A DNA stretch of 57,569 nt, counting the filler, from Porpidia crustulata (Eukaryota): assembly GCA_964255105.1 (NCBI GenBank). It is 4 parts of 4 records of this genome, joined end to end, with 100 filler letters (N's around TTAATTAATTAA, not from the genome) between each part and the next. Parts side by side here need not be neighbours in the genome. Positions count along the whole stretch, not along the records: positions 43,291 to 57,569 come from CAXUWE010000385.1; 3 more parts are not named here. The stretch is one strand, 5' to 3'. The translations under genes were made by a program, and so were the position numbers. The notes under the pieces are model-generated. The model saw nothing but the letters and a program-made list of their open reading frames with translations. It was not told where the DNA came from and searched no databases. The stretch's first letter is position 1; the number at the start of each line of letters is the position of its first letter. Of this stretch, positions 49,210 through 57,569 are shown one piece after another.

Positions 49210-49892
49210 CATGCCTCATCCACACGGCAACAACCATGGACAGCAGGAACGGGAACGACTGAGTGTGACAAGGACCCGCTCAAGGTCCAAAAAAAGTGCA
49301 TCAACTCTAGGGAAAAGAGCCCGCGCTGCTTGCATCCGAACATCCACCCTGATACAAAACAGCCAGTATACTTTGAGCACGCCCCCCCACGAGGTGAAGA
49401 CGATCGGACCCTTACCCCTATGCGATCTACCAAAACGCTAATCCACCACACCAGGCATCTCTCCGTGGTCGAGACTAAGGGGTACCAAGTACCCGAGCTC
49501 GCTCACTGTCTTCAGAGGAGAATATTTAGGCTTAGCATGGTACTAAGGAGATCGTGCACATTGCAACCGGATCGTTTTTGTACGATATGTCAGATTATGT
49601 CGTGTAGTTGTCATGCTGGAATACTTTAGCCCTGGGGAAAATGGGCAAGGAGCACTTTGACGCCGGGTGTTTTCGGGGTACATTTACGGTTGGGCGATGC
49701 GCTAGAGCTGGAATCATGTAGACACTTATGGGATATTACATCCAGTCACAATCACTATTTTCGAAAATCTTCGACCAAGGTTTTGGCGGACGTCTAGAAC
49801 GTAAAATTTCGCCTGACCATGTTAATTACACTTCTCCAAAAAGCAAAAACTGCGTCTCTAGCGTCGCATATATTCTACTCATACACCGCCCC

Positions 49893-51092
49893 TCACGGCC
49901 CCAACCTCTGCGTGCTCCCCAGATACGTCATCGGCACCGAACCCTCGCCGGCCCCCGAAACCGCGGGCGCGTTCGTCGAGGGCAGCACGCCGTAGCGGCC
50001 GTAGGTTTTTTGGTCGATGGAGACGTAGTGCGGGAGACGGCCGAGGAGGTTGAGTTTGCCTTCGATCCAACGGAGGGCTTTTTCGGGCGGGGCGAGGATT
50101 TTGAGGTAGCCTAGGCCGTCTGCGGTGGAAAGTAAGTACCTTATTGTCTCTTGCGGGGAGGGGATGGCGATGCTTCGGAATGGGTTGGAAATGGTGATGC
50201 AGGATGAATCGGAGGGGGGGTGATATGGTGACTTACATATATAACCAACGCCGAGGCTGCAGGCGTGAGCGAGAAAGGGATTGAAAGGGAGGAGGGCGGT
50301 GACGAATAGGAGGACTATGAGGGGGGTGGTCCAGGTTGGGATTTGGTATGTGCCGATACTGCGAATATCATCAGCCTTGGACCGAAAATATAGAACATTC
50401 AGTGCACTTACGCGAAATAGGGGTTTGCCCTGAATTGCTTTATGCCCTCGATCCCCAGGAGAACAAAGATCCATATACTGCGGGTCTGGTCAGCGGAAAT
50501 CGCATATGGACTCATACATTTCACGTTCCGTACCTCGAGCCCATGGCCGTGGTATTCCCTCTCAATAGTCCTCTCTCGAGTAATAGGTATGCGGCAGCCG
50601 GAAGTGTGGAGAGAGCTATAAAGCGTAACATTTAGTTCATAAACTTTCTTGCCGATTGCGGAAGCAGATAACACGCACGTCCGACGAACATAGCTGCCGT
50701 CAATAGAGTCCCATGCTCAGCTTCAAAGCGCTCCAATAGGGGTATAAGTGCTACGGCGTTGAACGTGGCGTAGAGGAAGCCGTAGTTGATGAGAGGGTAA
50801 GTGTTTAAACGGTACACTGAAACGATCACCGTGTTAGCTGAGGGATCATTACGGAGTAGGACTGCGAATGTCTGGGACTTCATTCGTTGCTTCGTTACAT
50901 ACTAGTACCTAGATTCATTTCCCGAGGTATCAGAGCCCCCCATTGTATAACATCCCATACAGATTGGAGTTCCAAGAGCCAAAAGACCACAACCAAAGCA
51001 AATAAAATCCGAGTAAAAAGAGGGAGACGGAGAAGATAAGACCGTAGCCGCCTGGGATCGAAAAAAGGGATGTAAGGGAACGATGGTGCCAT
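49893..51092 (-). CDS. RBD2: Rhomboid-type protease 2, multi-exon
   Basis: LRSYLLRLPLFTR, YRLNTYPL, PLLERFEAEHGTL, MGSS/IWIF, IPTWTTPL..FLAHAC, LAPPEKALRWIEGKLNLLGRLPHYVSIDQKTYGRYGVLP. Confidence 0.9.
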
Positions 51093-51500
51093 TGGAGGAT
51101 TCGAAAGTTTACACGTGGTTTATTGGGTTTTCCTGAAATATTGAGTTGCTATAGTTGAGAATAGGCTTGGATACGGGACCGTCACTTCCTGCCTCATCGT
51201 GCATCAAACCTTGTTGTTGCTCGCTGTTGCGTCAAGAAGCTTGGCTCAGAGGTCTCTGGTTCTCCGTAAGATTTCCTTGATGTCGAGGTCAAAAATAGGA
51301 TGTTGGTCAGCCCTACCCGCCGACCCATCCCAGTGTCCTTGGGTGCTCATAATCACCACATAAAAAAGTTCACGACATGAATTTACGAAAATTAGGCCAA
51401 TCCTTTCACGCCGGCACAATTTAGTGGTCTTGTCGGTGAGCTAAGCAGCTCAATTACGCCAAGCTTAGAGTTGAGTAGCTAGAGAACAAAATCTTTTACC

Positions 51501-52476
51501 ATGGAAGACATGGAGGACGATATGCCGTGAGCATGGGTACTAACACTCGATACTTTATACTAATTTCATCAAGTGAGTTGTCTAGTGATACACTGGCAGC
51601 ATTGCAGGAATTCTACTCCGAGAAAGATGCCCAGGAAAAGCGCTTCGAGAATCTGAAAGCCGAGGTCGACGAGAAGAATTCTCATGGTCTCCTTTCTATG
51701 GAAATGTTCTCAGAAGACTGGAATGCAAGCCAATTCTGGGTACGTTTCGAGCGGGCTTTTTTTCACACGCATTTTTTCTAACGTGCTCAGTACAGCGACG
51801 AGACGGCTACGATTTTGGCAAAGCAGCTCCTTGAGGGTGCGACGGGCAGCACATTCATTGCTGTGGTATCCGCACCAAGTGTCTTCATTCAGCTCAAGAA
51901 TCTACTGGTATGTCCGGGGTTACTTTGCTGTTTCAAATTTACAAGAAATCAATTATCTTAGGCGTCCGGCGCATACCAGTATCCCAATATACATCTCTTT
52001 GAATTCGACGAGCGATTCGATGTATTCAAAGAATTTGTACATTACGACTATCAGAAACCGCTAAAGCTTCCTAGTAAGTAGAATTCTCGATCTTCAAGGA
52101 CATACGGCTGCGTATTGATTTCCCTCGAGCGGAGATGAAGGGACGATTTGATCGGATACTGTGCGATCCACCATTCCTCAGCAGCGACTGTCAAACGAAA
52201 GGTGAGTTGGCTGCCGACATGATGCTTTTACCACCTCTATGTCCTTACATATAGACGCCACATACAGCGGCTTTAACGGTTCGGTGGCTTTCAAACGCCG
52301 TCAAGTCTGACCCATGGCTCGTTTTCTGTACTGGAGAAAGGATGGAAGAGCTTATTATTCGACTACACTCAGGCGTCAAGACGACTACTTTTGATCCTCA
52401 GCACGCCCAAGACCGGCTTGGCAATGACTTCAGATGCTTTGCGAATTTCGAGTGCAGCGTTTGGTCCTGGCGATGA
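51501..52476 (+). CDS. EFM5: eEF1A lysine methyltransferase (Efm5/Aml1/N6AMT2), multi-exon
   Basis: LSSDTLAALQEF, FSEDWNASQFW/YSDETA, VSAPSVF, FEFDERF, CDPPFL, CTGERM, LGNDFRCFANF. Confidence 0.9.
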
Positions 52477-53621
52477 GATGGTATTCACTGAATTAAGAGT
52501 AGCGCCTTTCCGCTTTGGTGAGAGGACGGATCAGAATCCTCCTTCTGCACGTTGCCGCTGCCAGATGTGGTGAACTTGTGAAACAACGTTTTAGATTACT
52601 AAATATTGAACAGCAGAGAGTGGTCCGGCACCAATCATGAAGCCGAATTCCGTGCGGCGGGTGCTTCTGACACCTCAAGTGGCATCAACCTAGGATTTCA
52701 AGCCTATAACGGATCCTCGCGGAACGAAATTGATGACAATGACTCAAACGCTAGAACAATGCCTACCATTGATGGATGCAAGTATTGTTAGGGGCATTCA
52801 TAAGCTGATAGCATACCAATTTTTCGATTTCTGCTGAGTATGGACATTCTTACCGGGATATAAGGCAACCCAAAAACTGGTCATCATTGCTGACGAACAA
52901 TTGTTGATACAATGGATGTTATGGCAACTGTCTTGAAGTTGAGGCTTTTAGCACAGGTTGGCACGCACGCACGTTGGGTTGCCTTCTACTCCGAGGGCGC
53001 TGGGGCGCACGGAACCAGCTCCGCAGGGTAATCCCGAGCGTCTCCTTATCTAATCCTCCAACGTAGATCATCCATGTCCTTCCGGCTAGCCTTACCGTTT
53101 CTACCTATCATGCAATTGTTTGAATCTGCCATTTCTTCCGTAGACTTCCATCTTCTGCCGTCTTCAGCTGAGAAATCCTTCTGAGGCTCAATCGCGTGAC
53201 TTGACCTATTTGTTTAGTCGAGGTGGCATGGAATCTGCTTCCGTTGCTTTGTTGCCTACTTGGGTACCTACTCACAGTGTCACATTCTCGTTGGACTTTG
53301 ATTACATAGCTCTGCTTACCTCCACCATGTCATCTGATAATTATTGCAAATGTGGACCTCTTTAAAATCTCCTCCCGCCCAGTCATAGATTAGATTCATT
53401 ATTCTGTTGTCCAGCTGTACATGGTTCTCTACGTACACAACTACATCGTGACATTCTCAAGTACTAGTGTCTCACCCTTATTCTGAACTACTACAATCGC
53501 CACAGGTGTAGGCTGGTCAATCTACAATTACAAAATTAGCCTTGGAGCCAGTAAACAGGATATTCTTCTCTGATAGTGCACTACTGAAAAAGACCCAACT
53601 TCTTAAATCTGTCTTTGGTCC

Positions 53622-55567
53622 ATGGTTCAAAGAAAAATCTTAACATCTCTCGCAGCACTCCCGCTGTTGATTTTGCTCCCTTTAGCTTCTAGTCATGGCG
53701 ATGATACCCATACCGATGGCTCGAGGGGCATGGGAATGTCCGGGGCGACATCCACCACGGCCGCTGTCACAAATCTTACCATGAATTTGACAGAGACTTT
53801 GCAACCAAGCTACTTTTCACGCTCTGAGCTTTCAGGCCTCTTGATAGCTCATGTAACTATAATGATCCTCGCCTGGTTTTTCATTCTACCAGTAGGTAAG
53901 CTTTATTTCTCAGCATCTCAAACTAACCATCAATGATTGACAAGCGATTGTGGTCAGATATCATGTTGAGTCTTGCCCGCTACCGCTATGCAGTAGTTGC
54001 TCAACTTACTTTCCTTGGCGTTCATGGTCTTGGGCTACTTCTTGGAGCAATTTTTACGAGCAAGACCCCGGACCTCTATGAGAACAACGCGCACAACAAG
54101 ATAGGTTGGATCGTGACTTTGATTGTTTTGGCGCAGACAGTCAGCGGGGTCATCAAGCTCTATGAAAGTGGTACAAGCGATCATAAAGTAAATTCCGAGG
54201 AAAAAACTGCTTTCTTACCCATCTCCCATGAAACAATGGCGTATCATGAGCTTTTACAAGGGGATGACGCGCCCGGAAGGTACCGGTACTCTCGGGACAG
54301 CGGGCAAGGGACTGAAATTGAGTCTCCAGGAGATGAATCTTGTGTTCCGTTGCAGGATGACGATTATATGGTCCATTTCAACCTTGATTGCCCACAGCAT
54401 ATAGACGGTGAGAAGGATTTTAACGAGAAGCAAACATCTGCGCGTCCCCCGGCCCCGAGTCGGCTCGTGTCGTACTTCTCAGCTTTGATGCCGGAATGTG
54501 CCATTAGTCTGATGGACACGGTATACGATTTCGTCAATGGCCTGATTCTCATCCTTGGGTTCGTGGCCATCACCACAGGTATCGTGGTCTATGGAGGCAT
54601 CCTGGTAAGCTCGGAAATTTTGTTACTTTGAAAGAAAGGAGCTCATGATTTCTAGCGTGGAGACAGTGTTTTTAATGGCCTTGCTCATTTCGTTAAAGGG
54701 GGAATCTTTGTCTGGTACGGTCTACTCACCCTCAGCCGTTGGATGGGATGCTTCGCCGAGATTGGCTGGGCCTGGAACATCAAGCCGCCCGTAGGTGTTG
54801 TCAGTCCCAAAAAAGCCAAAATTCCATCAGCCGAGTTTGTCGAATCGTTAGTCATATTCATCTATGGCTCGACCAATGTTTTCCTGGAGCACTTGGCGGC
54901 ATGGGGAGGCCCTTGGAGCGCACAGGATTTGGAGCATGTATCCATTACGATCATGTTCTTTGGAGGTGGCCTGGTAAGTGGCTTCCTTGTGGAAACTCAG
55001 AGATGATCTCTGACAATGCTCTAGTGCGGTATGCTCGTTGAGTCAACCCATGTCCGCGACTTGTTGAATACCGCCCTCCTCACATCGACATTGACTGCCC
55101 GAACCACCTACCCATCTGATCCCAAGTCTGACAAATGGAGAGTCCCCAAATCCTACTTCGTCTCCACCAACCCCTTTCCGGCCCTTATCATCTTCCTCCT
55201 TGGCCTAATGATGTCCTCCCATCATCAATCCTCTATGGTTTCAACCATGGTGCACAAGCTATGGGGGACGCTCTTTGTTGGCTTCGCCTTCGCCAGAGCT
55301 GTAACCTATATCCTCGTGTATCTTTCCCCTCCATCCTCGTATCTGCCCAGCAGACCGCCGAGCGAGATCATCGCGAGCTTCTGTTTGATATCTGGTGGCC
55401 TGATCTTCATGGCTAGCAACAAGGACTCAGTGGCCGCAATGGAGAGTCATGACCTTGATGCCATGTTTGTGTTCACAGTAACAATGGGGTTTACTGCATT
55501 TTTGATGGCATGGACAATTACCGTGCTGGCGGTCAAGGGGTGGGCGCTGAGAAGGAAGCACTATTGA
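53622..55567 (+). CDS. YTP1: Ytp1-family polytopic membrane protein, 4 exons
   Basis: Signal peptide; TPDLYENNAH, NGLAHFVKGG, NVFLEHL, QDLEHVSI, NPFPALI..MSSHHQ, SRPPSE. Confidence 0.88.
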
Positions 55568-55933
55568 TAAAGGGACATGAATAGGGGGTAGAGAATTTCA
55601 CCGTGATATCATTCTTCTCAAATGTGTTTGGAAGAGGAAGAGTTTGTGAAATTAGGATCATGATTAGGATTGGACAGTAAACGCTTCAACACATAATATA
55701 CCCCATGTATCCCAATCATTGGAGCAGCCATATAATTTCAAAAGATATAACGGAACATGCGTGCATTTCTCACCTTGAGCTCTATACCGTATTAGCAAAG
55801 CCATTTCTGATATCGCCCCGGCAAGAATCTAAGGATCGCGGCTGAAGCGGCTGCGGCGCTAGTCCTCACTTTGATGAATTGTGAACAGCCGTTTAATTGT
55901 GGTCCATGACTCGACGTCTGTGGTATACTGCGG

Positions 55934-57569
55934 ATGGCATTGATCTGTAGGTCGCACTCATATTTAGCCGGTACCGTCTTGTTCAAAGGCTGACTACGAT
56001 AGAAGCCCCCACTATCTTAGCATTGCGGCGGGACCCAAGGCTCCTAAAACTTCCTCCCTACTTGTCGGCGTTATGTATACTCGTTGGGGTTGCCTGGCTT
56101 TTCTTACTTCCTTTGAATGAGTACTCGAGAAACACATATATTTCCGAGAACGCCCTGCTTCCAGGCCAGGTACATACCTACTTTGGAGGTAGCGAGCATA
56201 ACGTTTTCAATGCTTACAAGAACGAAGTCCAAGCATTGGCGGGTAAAGAGCACGGCAAAATTGCAGAGAAGCTGAGCGAGATTTTCACTTCCGCAGGGCT
56301 CAAGGTCGCCAGGCAAAAATACGAGTACCAGGCTGCGGGGAACACCTACGGCGGCGAGAATGTCTATGCCATACTCCATGCGCCTCGAGGTGACGCTACG
56401 GAAGCCATTGTACTTGTTGCTGCATGGGTAAATATGGATGGGGAGTTGAACCAGAGCGGCGTTGCATTGGCCTTGACCTTGGCAAGATACTTTAAGCGTG
56501 GGTGCCGTCCGTCAACGATATGATTTTATATTGACGCTATCCTAGGGTGGTCATTATGGTCAAAAGATATTATAGTACTAATAACATCAGACTCAAAAGC
56601 CGGCCCTCAGGCCTGGGTCGACGCCTACCATGATGAACACTCTTCTCCTTCAGTTGCTTCCCTACCACTGAAAAGTGGGGCGCTACAAGGTGCTGTGGTA
56701 CTTGATAACCCCCTCAATCGCCGTTTCGAATCTCTGCACATTGTATACGATGGTATTAATGGTCAGCTTCCTAACTTGGACTTATTCAATACCGCTGTTT
56801 CTGTAGCCAGCGGACAGATGGGCATCGGAGTATCACTCCAGCGCATGTGGAAACACAACGACAGCTACAAGGAGCGGTTGCAGACTATGCTGCGAGGTAT
56901 GGTCAGTCAAGGTCTTGGTCACGCATCAGGCCCTCATAGTAGCTTCATTCCCTACCATGTCGATGCTATTACCCTGCAAGCGGTAGGGGAAGGCTGGCAA
57001 GATGAGATGGCCATGGGCAGGTGTGTGGAGGGCACCTTCAGAAGTCTGAACAACCTACTCGAGCACTTCCATCAGAGTTTCTTTTTCTACCTTCTTATGC
57101 AAGCGGATCGTTTTGTCAGCATAGGTACATATCTCCCCAGCGCCATGCTTGTGGCCGTCAACTTTACTATTATGGCAATCGCTCTCTGGGTTCGTAGCGG
57201 ACGCGCTCCAGCTCCCAATATCGCCTCCACGGCTAGCGAAAAGAAAGCAAAACCCGAAGTCGACGTTATCCGGAAGGACGGGATGCTTGCCATCATCTCG
57301 AAGCAAGAACTCACGATCCAAGAACGCCAGCTCTTTCTCCCAGTAGCTCTCGTCGCATCCACCCACTTCCTTGGCTTCATCCCTCTCTACATCTTCAATA
57401 ACACCACCCGCACAGTAAGCAACAACCACCCCCCCCCGGGCCCTCAATATCCTCCCTCAGACGGTCTAACCACCACCGCAGACCCTCCCGCAAACCCTCA
57501 CAACCTTTACACTGTCAAACCACCATAGACCCACCCTCCAAGCCATCATAATAGCCCGCTACACGCCTC
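55934..57569 (+). CDS. GAA1: GPI transamidase component Gaa1, 3' truncated
   Basis: MALIS/LRRDPRLL, TYISENALLPGQVHTYF, APRGDATEA, RYFKR/WSLWSKDI, GINGQLPNLDL, FRSLNNLLEHFHQSFFFY. Confidence 0.95.

Overview
Intron-containing genomic DNA of a filamentous ascomycete (Pezizomycotina; a frq gene and the style of the small secreted protein suggest a lichen-forming fungus, which is inference only). The window is not one locus. It is four ~14.3-kb contigs (1-14375, 14476-28810, 28911-43190, 43291-57569; lengths 14375/14335/14280/14279, i.e. descending) joined by 100-nt N44-TTAATTAATTAA-N44 spacers, so no linkage can be inferred across joins. Contig 1: pogo/Fot1 transposon end, small coiled-coil gene, RING protein, UGP1 with two possible N-termini, LicD-family gene, Zn2Cys6 TF, ENT3 (truncated). 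Contig 2: small Cys-rich orphan, coiled-coil hypothetical, TGL3-like patatin lacking catalytic residues, ERB1, DUF3405 protein, truncated homolog of fungal luciferase (Luz). Contig 3: pogo/Fot1 transposase 5' end with TIR, a frameshifted pseudogene, BSD2, CBP6, the clock gene frq with a 4.2-kb upstream region, SCOT (truncated). Contig 4: secreted effector-like protein, HNT1, CSR1, DAM1, RBD2, EFM5, YTP1, GAA1 (truncated). I found no convincing new multi-gene system. The best leads are single loci: the Luz homolog, frq and its leader, the UGP1 alternative N-termini, the pseudo-lipase, and the decayed gene with a possible caspase/legumain-like dyad. Family assignments come from recalled motifs, not database searches.
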